Positions 44,901 through 57,486 of a stretch of DNA of 64,000 nt are shown here, one piece after another; within the stretch, counting starts at the first letter, position 1, and every line of letters starts with the position of its first letter. The stretch lies in contig NW_026262679.1 of the NCBI RefSeq assembly GCF_021869535.1, forward strand, positions 15,438,001 through 15,502,000. Direction: 5' to 3'. The DNA is from Mytilus californianus. Its lineage: Eukaryota. Under the pieces are notes generated by a model, which saw only the letters and a list, made by a program, of their open reading frames with translations, was not told where the DNA came from and did not search any database. A program made the position numbers and the translations under genes.

Positions 44901-47602
44901 TATGTTTTAACAGAATTTCATTAGAATATAACTTTTTAATGTATAATAATAGGATTAAAGTCCAAAAAAGTGTTATTTAAGCAGCAGAATCCATAATATT
45001 GATTACTGAATGCGATTCATTTTAACTGTAGATGCGATGAATTATCACTGTAAGTGCAATCATTTCTGATGTGGAATTTTTGGAAGTGCGATGAATTTTC
45101 ATTGTCGTTTTATATGATTATTCGACATACAACAACTGAAAATAGTTTTTAAATGACTTAAATATTGATGATATTTACAATTTGAAATGCAAGCTAGTCG
45201 TAGATGCTTACTTGAATATACACGGGTATAACCACGTTCATATCATGAATATTCAAATAGCGTTGGTGAGTTTGCTATTAGCTTGTCATGGATCCGAAAA
45301 TTTACTGGAGCAGAACATCCATGAATATATGAATCGTACAGTGTCAAAATTCTGAGGTCAGTTTTTCAAGTAAATTTCTTCAAATAAAATTAAAACAACG
45401 GGTTTCTCATTCGTATTATGTATTTTAACAACAACAAAACACAAAATACACGGTCGCATTTAGTGAAAGAGCCAACCAACTATGCTCTATTTGTAGTTTA
45501 ATCAAGTTTGAGTTACACATAGTGTTTGTTTCGCGATGTTTACAAGTAATTCACACACCTGTCTATTTAAAATAGTCACATGGTGTTCATGTAATATAAA
45601 TGATATACAATGCTGCCAGGAGCAGTAAACTTTGTTTTCATAAACATTGAATACTTAACTGAACAGTTAGTCAATTAGTCTTTGGTGTAAATATAAGAAC
45701 TGAATATCTACCAACATTGCTTCGCGATGTAGCGATTAACGTCCGGAATCAACTGTACGGCGGTTATGCCCCGTGGTATAGAACCTTTTAAATATGTAAC
45801 AATAAACTGTTTTCAATTTTTCTTTGTATTCTCACAATTGCGTATTGGCTTATTTGTAACACCGACTTATAAGAAATTCACGCATATTTAAGGTGACTCG
45901 ACTGTTGCTCGAACTTTCTTTACTGTATAAGATTTATACACAATGGCATGATAAATATCAATTATCCAGTCATTCAAGCGTAAATTGTTTGTACAAGATG
46001 AAAACGTTTCCACTCATTCAATCGTAACATGAAGATCGTTTTGTGAATGCATCCATTAGAGATATTTTCCTAACGCTTGTAGTTTAAAGGTTTGGTTGGC
46101 TTGCTTGCTTGCTTTGTTTGTATAAACGTTTGCTCAATCTTGATTACAATGATTAGGCAACATTTACACAATCAAGGCCAACCACACCTTTTAACTACAA
46201 GCATTAGGAAATTAGCTCTAATGACCTTTAATTTATTAGTATGCGATGTAGATTTAGACCGAAACAGAAACTTTGCTTTTCCGGTGACGTGGATTGGCTT
46301 AACTGTCCAAGATATATGTATAAGATGATGACGTGTCATAGGAAAGAATAAATTTTATCCTACATATAGATCAGGACAAATTATTTGAGAAAATAGAATT
46401 GATTATATTAGCAATAAATACCATGTTTAAGGAATTTATTGATATATTACCTCAGACTTTCACTCATTAAGTATGCATATATAATCAATCCTTCTGACTT
46501 CATAAATTTTGTTAGAGAGTCGGCTGAATTAAGACTTTATATAATGAAAATTAATTAATTTCTTTCTGTGAAAATGCATTGCATTTACAATAGAAATGAA
46601 TCGCCCTACAGTGAAAATGAAAGTCTAGTATCATTATTCAACAGTAAACATGAATCGCATAACGAAAACAGCAAAAATTTGATTCAATATCAACAAGCTG
46701 AATAACAAAACCTGTTTTAAGTTAAATAACATTAATAATTATGTTAAAAAGTACATTTTTCTGCAAATGAAACTTAACTGCTACTTTTAAATCCCTTGCA
46801 CGCTCTGTTCGTGAACTATTCTTAATATTTATCTATTTGTGTATCAATTTTGCACCTGGATGGCTGTAGGCGCGATGAAAACCCGTCAGCATCTCATACC
46901 TATATCATGAATTTATAAAAACAGTACACATTATATATTATTTCTTATTTTATTCAAAAATCTTGAATTTGTCGTCTGTTTATTTATCATTCTACATCAG
47001 AAATTCATCACGGATACAGTAAAAATGACATTTTAGGATTCGCACATTACATACACTGTAAAATTTAATTACCAACCTAATCCTTTTTAAGATCCTAGCA
47101 ATTAATTATTATAATACATGAATATGTCTGCTCCTTTCTATTGTCTAAGTCAGATTTTCCATATTGGAGGGAGCACTTTAATTTTTGGAGCATGTATATA
47201 CAAATATTCCCTTAAAGAATTTACAATGTAACTTAACCATTTTCAGAAACCACAACAAGTTTGAATAAAGAAAAGAGATTAAATGAGAATGAGACAGAAG
47301 ACTTTATTCCTTTACCATATATAATCATATGTGCCATAGGTGGTGTAATGTGGGCAGTTATTCTCTTTCTTTTATGTTGTTGTGTACGTCAAGCAAGTCG
47401 AATTCAGAATTCCAAAAGGACTGTTGGGTGTAACACTTCACAAATTATTTATAGTAATGACGAAGTGGGAGGCGAACAGAATAATTTACTAGAGGACAAT
47501 GAAGTCATCACAGTAGATAAAGTGGAGCTGACATTAGATCCTCTACAATTAGAGAGTAACCACTACGAAATTATCTTAGACAATTGTGCGACAAAATTCT
47601 GA
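35122..47602 (+). CDS. Single-MAM-domain type I transmembrane protein (about 313 aa, 6 exons)
   Basis: Exons 35122-35182 (signal peptide), 36219-36383 (ISCDFNEGSMCPGW..NWTIWKG..TGPQRDH), 39649-39908 (GFYIFME..FWYHMHG..GKQW), 42153-42225 (DIAVDDITI), 42587-42613 (27-nt microexon), 47247-47602 (TM YIIICAIGGVMWAVILFLLCCC, tail ending NHYEII..KF). Phases 1,1,0,1,1 are compatible; 942 nt. Confidence 0.85.
39284..39403. mobile_element. Short degenerate MITE related to the 2642-3571 element
   Basis: Inverted arms atccgggtccgttcgccc / gggagcaaacgaacccgatat; near-identical 8-bp flanks ctcagaac and ctcacaac. Confidence 0.55.
39990..40362 (-). mobile_element. tRNA-derived SINE
   Basis: Minus strand: tRNA-like head with B box GGTTCGAACCCC, conserved body ggtatttgctgcttc..gactggttagctcggagtcagaataatgtgtcc, (CAT)n tail at 39990-40025. 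Confidence 0.8.
40660..40957 (-). mobile_element. Non-autonomous HINE-like element
   Basis: (GACG/GAAG)n microsatellite at 40864-40905, terminus cccacggcggtgacataaaaa; same architecture as 5504-6050 but inverted. Confidence 0.55.
43240..44566 (+). mobile_element. 5'-truncated, degraded CR1/L2-like LINE in a MAM-gene intron
   Basis: VLQGSILGPLL..INDLP..LYADDTTL RT motifs; SLIDYCCIVWG..LQKRAARLIL; several frameshifts; AATAAA followed by a (TTA)n tail at 44542-44566. Confidence 0.88.
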
Positions 47603-49068
47603 TTGGTAAACCATAAATTGGAACATCCACATATTCATAGGTATTACAGATTACAATTTCATCACTAGTGTATGCACAGATTTATGTAAAGGTTTTACTG
47701 ACTAATTAACTCTAGGCTATTCAAAAAGATTCAATACATTTATCTGATTCCTTTTGCATCATCAATTTAACTCACATGTTATCATCAGATGAAGTTTGCA
47801 TGTCCATTTATTTTATTTTTAGTATATTGAAAGTTTTGCAAATTATTATGTTGATACTAGCGTGATTAGCTGTCGATTGTATGTATCAAAAATAAAATCA
47901 CCCTTCTCAATGAATACTTGTAATGTAGATTTATTCGCAGATGTTGTGAATCTGTCACAAAGCGTATGATTGTTAGTATCAGAAAAAGATTAAAAGAATA
48001 TAGTATTTCTTTAAAGCTTGACTAGTCCAAATGCAATTTTGAGCTCTTTTCGTCACTTTGGATCGTTATCAATCAGTCAATATGTATGAAATTCTTTCTT
48101 CTAAAACATTTCAAATATTGGAACCGATTTTCAAGTTGTCCACTTTTTTCCTCAATCATAGTAGAGGAGCTTTTGTGTTAGTAGCAAACCACTGCTTAAT
48201 GTAACCAAGCACATGCGTGTTAATATCAATTAAGACACGTAAATGAGATACGTTTGGGCAAAGAGTATGTTACCACATAGAAATGGGATGTTGAAAATGT
48301 GAAAACTGAAATCATGTGGAAGATACTAGCTTAATGTCATCCATCGATGTAAATTTCAAAAAGGAAAACCGTCTAAGAATACCAAATTTTCTTCGACATA
48401 TGAGTTGCAAGCTTTATCTGAAATGCGGGTTTAATATAATATTTCTGCATGATATAGTTTGGATGATGTCAATTGTTCTTACGTTAGGCCCGTGTCTATT
48501 TTTATCACAGTTTGTTTCCTAAACAACCACATTTTACATATTTTGATAAGCCCTGTCTAACACAAATTGCACAGAAACGTAATGGATTGGAACAATTTGG
48601 AATCAACTTTTCGTTCCTATGTAGCAAAATTACGGAAACCCCTGCATATGACGTTTTGTATCTCACAACTCATACTTTACTAGAGAGCCTGTTGCCATTA
48701 CAGAATCATTTGGACAGGGCTGACTCAAACAGGGGCGTGCTGTCCAACGATTAGCAACTAATCTCTAAGTATGTTATGGTCGTCTTCGTCATCACGGACT
48801 GATTGGCCGTTGGTCAGAATGATGCCCAATAATCCTTTTGATGCAGCAATTTGGTAGATATGGTCCGCTATATTTACCTGAAGACTATGTCTCTTTGGAG
48901 ATCCTATATATTCAAACTGGTAACACCATTTACGGCACCCAGAATGAACCGTAAGTTGGAATATTTAAAACGAAAGGGTCGAAAATTTAATCGTATTATT
49001 ACTGACTACAGAATTAAGTTGAACAACAAATTGGTGAATAAATAAAACTATAAAGTAATTAGTACATT

Positions 49069-50520
49069 ATGGAGCATGTCAGGCTAAAATTAACATTTGA
49101 GAGACACTTGCTGTCCTTGTCAATTGACGTAAAACATTGTTTGATAACATTTACAATTTTATCAGCAAGCAAAGCCGGGCTTCAAGGATATTGGGAAATT
49201 ACCCATTCTAGAGGCCGCGTGAATCAGATGTGGATACAAAAGAAATCCGAAGATCTGTTACTGTACATACGATCTAAGACCCTTTCATCTTGCAATTGTA
49301 ATACAACATTTGATTTTTCTACACTTTACACAAGTATTCCCCATTCCAGGCTAAAAGACAAATTGAAAGAGTTGGTCCTGCTTTGTTTCATAAAACAGAA
49401 TGGCAAACGTAGATACAAGTATCTTATCTTAGTTAGGGATAAATCGTACTTTGTAAAAAATCACTGTGATTCAAACCAAAAATTCTCTGAAACTGACATT
49501 ATCAAGATACTTGATTTCTTGATTGACAACATATTTGTTATGTTTGGAGGACGTGTTTTTCAACAAGCAATCGTCATTCCCATGGGAAACAACTGTGCTC
49601 CTCTTCTTGTTAACTTGTTATTTCAATCGTATATAACTGACTTCATACAAGAACTTCTTAGGAAGAATGAAAAGAAGCTAGCTTTATCCTTTAACTTCAC
49701 TTTCCGCTATAAAGATGATGTCCTCTCATTAAATAATTCAAAGTTAAGTGACTATGTTAAACGCATCTATCCCATCGAACTTGAAATAAATGATAAAATA
49801 GATGTCTGTCTCATATCTCGACTTACATCCACATATACAAATTGACAACGAGGGTCGGTTGAGAAAAAAACTTTACGACAAAAGAGATTATTTCAGCTTT
49901 CCAATTGTGAACTTTCCAATTCTATGTAGCAACATTCCAGTAGCGCCTGCATATGGAGTATATGTCTCCCAGTTGATACGATATACCAGTGCTTGCATTT
50001 CCTATCATGATTTCTTTGATTCCTTTTTGATTTGAGCAAGTAAAATATTTTTAAACTAAATTAAATTTCCAAAAAAAAAATGGTAGAGGGCTGCTGCCCA
50101 CAAGGAAGTTATTAAACCAAGAAATCCAAGTGGTGAAGTTGAAATCGTCCCTTCGAAAATTTTACGGACGCCATCACGAGTTGGTTGGCCGTTATGGAAT
50201 ATCTGTTTCACAGATGACGACGGATATGTTCAAATCGTCGTAACCGCAGTTCTGTCGTCCTTTCCCCGAATGTGAACTACCGAATTAGACATATCACCGG
50301 GTCTCTACTTACAAGAGCAACATTACGGGTGCCACATATGGAGCAGGATCTGCTTACCCTTCCGAAGCACCTGAGATCACTCCCGGTTTTTTGTGAGGTT
50401 CGTGTTACTCAGTCTTCAGTCTTCTATGTTGGCCTTTTTCATGTTTTGCCATGGCGTTGTCAGTTAATTTTCAACTTATGAGTTTGAATTTCCCTTTGGT
50501 ATCTTTCGCCTCCCTTTTAC
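49069..50520 (+). mobile_element. Degraded Penelope-like retroelement RT (Naiad-like by motif resemblance)
   Basis: TFDFSTLYTSIPH, IPMGNNCAPLL, FRYKDDVLSLNN, YLDL, LYDKRD.F.FPIVNFP..SNIP..PAYGVYVSQLIRY, LRKFYGRHHEL. Frameshift near 49800 and a ~64-bp A-tailed insertion at 50021-50084; no endonuclease domain seen. Confidence 0.85.
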
Positions 50521-51135
50521 TACTAACTTAAAAGTAAAGTTTTTTTTTGTTTTGATTTTTTTTGTTTTTTTTTTTATTTCCCCAATTTTATCACGGAAGC
50601 TAGCAGCTCATTGTCTTAAAATATGAAATAAGATATTGAAGCCCTTCCTTTTCTTCACATTAAATTAAAAGATAAAAGTGAATTTTAACTACCCGTTGTG
50701 GTAAATATTACGGATATTACGGGCAATGCAGGCAAACATTTTTCCAAGCAAGTAAACCACAAAAGATCATTTCTAATTTTGAGACGACCCCTTACATTTC
50801 AACTGTCGTTGTCGAAGACAGTTGTTGAAAAGGTCTCATGGGATTGACGGGATTTATTCAGACTTATTAAGCTTTAATTGTTTGAATCAATATAGTTTCA
50901 AAACGTATACTTGAATACCTTTGTCGTTTTAAGCTGACACATTAGTCAACTTGCTGGGTCATATTTTTGAGACAATTTTGCTAGAAAGACAAACACTTAC
51001 GTTCATCTATTTAGGGAATTGTTCTGTAAACACAATCTAGTTTATCAAATTACTCTACTTTACTTATCTTTGTTGGCAAAATTATTTTTCATTAAATAAA
51101 CTCATCATAGATACCAGGATTGAAATTTTGTATTT

Positions 51136-51179
51136 GCGTCAGACGCGCGTTTCGTCTACAAAAGACTCATCAGTGACGC
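51136..51179 (-). ncRNA. Minimal type I hammerhead motif, third family, intact
   Basis: Minus strand: GCGUCA CUGAUGA GUC UUUUGUA GAC GAAA C GCGC G UC^UGACGC; perfect 6-bp Watson-Crick stem I, GUC cleavage triplet. Confidence 0.85.
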
Positions 51180-51870
51180 TCGAATAAAAAAAAGTTAAAA
51201 AGGCCAAATAAACATGCTCCAGCGTGTTACTCATTGAAGTCGGTGATAAGTCGCAATCGGTGATCACAATCGAGAAAAAGATTGAATATAAAAAATGACA
51301 TAAAATGACAAAAGGACAATCAAAAGGCTCAAGTCGAGAAAAACAACCGACAACATCATAATTTGAAACTAAATACGAATAAAAGAAAAATAAGTCCACA
51401 AAACACTACATAGAAACTAAAGACTGAGCAGCATAAACCCCACAAAAACTGGAGGTTCTCAGGTATCCCGGAAGGGTCAACAGACCCTGCTCCACATGTG
51501 GCATCTTTCGTGTTGTTCATGTCAAGTCCAATTCGATGATGAGTCTCATTTAGGAATGTCAAAGTTGAGAAAAAGCGGACGGAATTGGAACATATCCTAG
51601 GTCATCTGCAACACAGATATTCATTAACGGTCATCCAAATCATGATAGCGTCCGTAAAACTTTGGAAGGAGTACTTTAACTTTACCATTAGTAATCCTTT
51701 GTTCAATAGCTTCACTATAAGTAGAAATCCTCAAAGAAATCATGGCACAAACTGCAAGCTCTGGAATATCGTATCACATTTGAAATATATACTCCATATG
51801 TGCCTGTCCCGAAAGGCAATGCTTATTTACTGCCATTTCCCTCTCGATTATCAACGAATAATAGTCATGA

Positions 51871-53387
51871 GTGTGGCTCTATGTTCTAGTTAGTGGAATG
51901 AATGTGGCTCTATGTCCTACTTTGTGGAATGAATGTGGCTCTATGTCCTAATTAGTGGAATGAATGTGGTTCTATGTCCTAGTTAGTGGAATGAATGTGA
52001 CTCTATGTCCTAGTTAGTGGAATGAATGTGACTCTATGTCCTAGTTAGTGGAATGAATGTGGCTCTATGTCCTAGTTAGTGGAATGAATGTGACTCTGTG
52101 TCCTAGTTAGTGGAATGAATGTGGTTCTGTGTCCTAGTTAGTGGAATGAATGTGACTCTATGTCCTAATTAGTGGAATGAATGTGGCTCTATGTCCTAGT
52201 TAGTGGAATGAATGTGACTCTATGTCCTAGTTAGTGGAATGAATGTGGTTCTGTGTCCTAGTTAGTGGAATGAATGTGACTCTATGTCCTAGTTAGTGGA
52301 ATGAATGTGACTCTATGTCCTAGTTAGTGGAATGAATGTGACTCTATGTCCTAGTTAGTGGAATGAATGTGGCTCTATGTCCTAGTTTGTGGAATGAATG
52401 TGACTCTGTGTCCTAGTTAGTGGAATGAATGTGACTCTATGTTCTAGTTAGTGGAATGAATGTGACTCTATGTCCTAGTTTGTGGAATGAATGTGACTCT
52501 ATGTCCTAGTTAGTGGAATGAATGTGGTTCTATGTCCTAGTTAGTGGAATGAATGTGGCTCTATGTCCTAGTTAGTGGAATGAATGTGACTCTATGTCCT
52601 AGTTAGTGGAATGAATGTGACTCTATGTCCTAGTTTGTGGAATGAATGTGACTCTATGTCCTAGTTAGTGGAATGAATGTGGTTCTATGTCCTAGTTAGT
52701 GGAATGAATGTGGCTCTATGTCCTAGTTAGTGGAATGAATGTGGCTCTATGTCCTAGTTAGTAGAATGAATGTGACTCTATGTCCTAGTTAGAGGAAGGA
52801 ATGAGACTCTATGTCCTAGTTAGAGGAATGAATGTGACTCTATGTCCTAGTTAGTGGAATGAATGTGACTCTATGTCCTAGTTAGTGGAATGAATGTGAC
52901 TCTATGTCCTAGTTAGACGAAGGAATGAGACTCTATGTCCTAGTTTGTGGAATGAATGTGACTCTATGTCCTAGTTAGTGGAATGAATGTGACTCTATGT
53001 CCTAGTTAGAGGAAGGAATGACACTCTATGTCCTAGTTTGTGGAATGAATGTGACTCTATGTCCTAGTTTGTGGAATGAATGTGACTCTGTGTCCTAGTT
53101 AGTGGAATGAATGTGACTCTGTGTCCTAGTTAGTGGAATGAATGTGACTCTATGTCCTAGTTAGTGAAATGAATGTGACTCTATGTCCTAGTTTGTGGAA
53201 TGAATGTGGTTCTATGTCCTAGTTAGTGGAATGAATGTGACTCTATGTCCTAGTTAGTGGAATGAATGTGACTCTATGTCCTAGTTAGTGGAATGAATGT
53301 GGTTCTATGTCCTAGTTAGTGGAATGAATGTGGCTCTATGTCCTAGTTAGTGGAATGAATGTGACTCTATGTCCTTGTTAGTGGAAT
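51871..53387. repeat. 31-bp minisatellite, about 49 copies
   Basis: Unit gtggaatgaatgtgactctatgtcctagtta; contiguous units with no spacers. Confidence 0.97.
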
Positions 53388-54248
53388 TTGAAGCGTTATC
53401 AACCACATATGTTACTCATTATAAGTTATATGCATGGTACTTTCGTGGATATTTCATATATGATATAGTTGTTTTCGCTGTCTTTGTACGTTTTCGTCTT
53501 TGGAGAATTTCGTATAAGGATTAGAAATTATAGTTTTGATTATTTTCATCTTCTGAATGACTAATGATAACGAGAAGTTGGTACAATTATTTTCCCGCCT
53601 TTTAATGGTGAAATATTTATTAAAATAAATCAAGTTTAAAAAAATATTTACCAATGTTTCTCCATGAGAATTCAATAGAATATGCATTGTTTGTTATTAA
53701 ACAAAATAAGAAAATAAAAACGTAGGGGCACATGTAAGATAGATTCTAGCTTTCAATATACTTTTAATTTTGATTTAAAATGTCCTTCCTTTTCATTTTG
53801 ACGATACTTACTCCAAATTAACCGAAATCTTACATAAATTCTGTTTTAGGTCATCTGTAGACATTTATGATTTGATTACGGTTTCGAAATACGCCGTAAT
53901 GTTGCTAGAGCCTAAGCCTAAGTACACACATTCAGCTGTCGTACTGTGAATATCATTAGACTTTTTTTAATGACCATAGCGTCAAATTAATTTCATGGGA
54001 ATTTGGTTCGACCGCTTTCCTTCCATATGAAATCGTGTGAAAGGATTTTATTGATATATATTCCTCTTTAACTCTTCATTCCGACAACTAATGAACTATG
54101 ACACGTTTATGTTTTACACACAAAAAGTTTGCACCATGTACCTGAAAATGTCGATGTGCCATTTCACAAGCATTGAAACTTTTGTTTAAAAAAATGATTT
54201 TATAAAAAAATCCATATGTTTACATCTAGAGATGTACTTTTTTCACAG

Positions 54249-55203
54249 GTATGCGTCGGTGGGATATTGTATTGTTGGTGTTAAGACGGAATCTATTATC
54301 ATATGCGCGCAGAAATGCAAACACATTCAAAATACTTCAGTGCAATTTTAAATATCCATACATACCGACTGCTAACGATATCCTGATTTAGATCACAGGA
54401 TTAATGATTTACTTCCTTAATTATTATATTATAATTTGAGTGACCAATCTTTTTGATGAATTTCCTGTTTTTTTGTGTGTTTTTTGTTGGATTGCTCAGT
54501 GTATAGTTTACGTATACCCCTCGTCTCCTTTTGTTCATATAAAAAGGAAGAACCATTCCATTAGCACTTCTTCTGAAACCTTCACACAGAAAAGAACCAC
54601 CTCCTCTAGAGTATTTGTTTGGTTGCATATATGTACTTTTCCTCCTTTTTATTTTTCTTTTTTTCATTGTATACTTCTTTTTCATGTACATATTTTTTTC
54701 AAACCAAACTGTTTTGCTATGTTGTTACTCAATAACGAAAACAAACAAAATGTTTTCCCATTTTTCCGAAATCAGTATCCTGAATTGAAGTCGCATAAAC
54801 AAGAAGTGCTAGTTTCCACCTTTTTAAAAAAGAATTACAGTGCTCATAATGCATCCGCTGATGTACAAATACTGAAAGAATTAGTTGAGTTTATCAAATG
54901 CAGTATCAATGAGTTAAGTCCATACTCATTTACCACCACTTCGTGTGCTATATGCTTGAAACAAAACATGGTATCAAAGGAACGACTAGTAATCCTAAAG
55001 CCTTTAACAGAAAGAAGCGCGATTTCGACATCAACGGCAAAAAGATATCGGATAGTGGTTTGGACTTATTTTAACTGCAAATGGCTAAAAGACGAGATAC
55101 GGACAACGGCATTAGACTAGTGCTGGCTGAGAAGAATAATAGAAAACCTCGCGTTACTGCTTGCAGAAGAGTAGCTTCTAAGATTTCGGATTACTTTAAT
55201 TGA
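54249..55203 (+). pseudogene. Pseudogene of a DEDDh (TREX1/PML-like, 'DPD1-like') 3'-5' exonuclease
   Basis: GMRRWDIVLL..RRNLL (ExoII-like, from 54249); FPFFRNQYPELKSHKQEVLV..YSAHNASADV (ExoIII HxAxxD). After a 1-nt loss near 55040 the frame continues KISDSGLDLF*LQMAKRR..GIRLVLAEKNNRKPRVTAC..KISDYFN* with a premature TAA at 55072. Confidence 0.75.
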
Positions 55204-57486
55204 TAAAATAAATAGACATTATCTTTTAAATTGTGTCTGTTTCTGTAAGAAGGGCAACCTCTCATGCATTTAGAATTAATAAATGGCTATCCCCTCCCCC
55301 CGCCCCCTACTAAAGACCGATCTTTTAACAGAAAAGATGACTCCTGAACGTGGGTATATTTGCTAAGCTCTTTCTTGTTGTTGTTATAAAATATTCTTAT
55401 TTATTTAGTTCCTTGTGTTGTATGACTTCATCTACTTCCATCTATTTTTGTATCGCATTCTTGTGGCTTTGATAGTTGTTGGGTAAATGCACCCGAGTTG
55501 AAGCAGTAAACCTGGTCATTTTACTGAAAATGTAACTTGATGATATAGTACGGATCTTTTACTTCCAAACTATGTTAGTATCATAATTTGACAGTACTAG
55601 ATTTGTACTTCAAATTTGACATACCACTTTAGTACCTCCGTAGTGTAGTTCTATGGATGTACAATAAATATATAGTACTACTGTTTAACTATAATTTGTT
55701 AGGATATTTTACTGAAAGTGTTATAATTTTAGGTCATCGCACGGCATTGAACAATGAGCAAATCCATACCGTATAGTAAGCTGTAATTTAAGGCTCGGCA
55801 TGACAAAATGTAAAACAATTGATTCAAACGAGAAAAATAAAAAACGAAAACAAAATATGACAGACAACAACCAACAACAACGACAGGCACATACAGGATG
55901 AGGCTGGATTAGACATGATTGCGAGCGCTCAACCCTTCCCATTCACTTGGAAAGTTGTGTAAAAGCACACCAAAAGATCAAACTGGAAAAATCAGTTGAA
56001 AAGGACGACTCATTAGATCGACACGAAACACAAATATTAATTAGCAAAAAATCACTAATTGAGATATTAGTTGATCGCATATATTGCTTTACGCCACTTT
56101 TAGATTGTAAACATGTCTGTGCTTAAACTAACTGCTGTGTGTACATTAATAACATTTGTTTATTGTAATTAAAAAAACAACAACATTTACAACGGAAAAA
56201 AATGACGGGCATATTATTGGTCCCTAACCCGTGAAATTCATCAACAACTCTATATAACGTTTAAAAACGTTGCTTTCCGAATTGGCGTGATTTGTTCCCG
56301 CCATTTCATTTTTTTAAATCTTATTTCGAAATATCTTTTTATCCGGTACAGTGCCCCTACTTTTTTTCTTTTATTTTGATTTATAAATAAAAATGAATAT
56401 TGTATTGAATTCTTCTGGAAAAAACATTGGCCAATCTTTTTTTAAATTATTGGATTCAACATAGATATTTCACAATAAAAAGACGGGAAAATTGTTCAAG
56501 CAACTTATCGCTATCTTTTGTTCCTAAAAAGATGACATTATCAATAATGTAGTTTCTACAAACAATAAGGTTAACAAAAGAAGCAATTTTCAAGTGATTC
56601 GGACTTTTTACAGAAATGTAATGGCAAAGAACTGCAAGTTCCGATTTCCAAATTCTTCGAAAAAGATGGCGTTTTAAATCGAAAACGAGGTCGGTGACCC
56701 TATTTTTTTATTGGCTTATTTTAAAGCTTTCAATAAGACTAAAGTTGAAATATAATTTTAAAGAAGATAATATTGGTAGATCTGAATAGAATGATTTGTC
56801 TTTGATTTGTTGCAGGATACATATTTAAGCGCAATTGAAGTAATACAGTTACGAAATTGTCAAATATGATTTTATAACAAAATGTAAAGTCTATTAATGA
56901 ACTTTCAAGTACAAATTTGTCTCTATGTATTAGAGTATTGTTCACAATACAATTAAAGATCTTAAGTCAATTCAGTGGTAATGAATTTGCCAGCTTATGC
57001 TCATCTAATATATGAATACACTTATGAAAAGGTCTTTTTGCTGTAAATACTGTATACAGAAATCATTCAACTTAAATACACATTGAATGCTAAAACAGTT
57101 GCATTCGCTCAAGGATATTTTAAATGAATTTTTGAAAAATGTTTTTGAACATGAAGTAAAAACATTGGCTTACTCGTCATTAGTTTTGGGTGTCCGTGAT
57201 GTATAAAAACGCAGCAACGTCCTTTTGGAATGGGACATTAAATCCAATGTCTTATGTACTGCGAGTACAAGCACTCCGCTTTCTGCACCTTGCAACAACT
57301 TTAAGAAGGGTTCGTAGTTGACCTGTTACAATTCAAAATGTCTGTCCCTTTCTACTATATCATCATTCCGGTTGATCTTCCTTGTAGACCCTACCTATTT
57401 TATGAATTATTAATTTGTTCTCGACCTTAAACATCAGCATTAAAAATTTGCCACTGGAGTTGATCCCTCAACATTCAATTTATTAT

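Noticed and set aside
51871-53387. CRISPR array
   Set aside because: Contiguous 31-bp units without unique spacers, no cas genes, eukaryotic context.
54401-54691. 96-aa basic minus-strand ORF
   Set aside because: Low-complexity antisense reading of T-rich sequence within the exonuclease pseudogene region.
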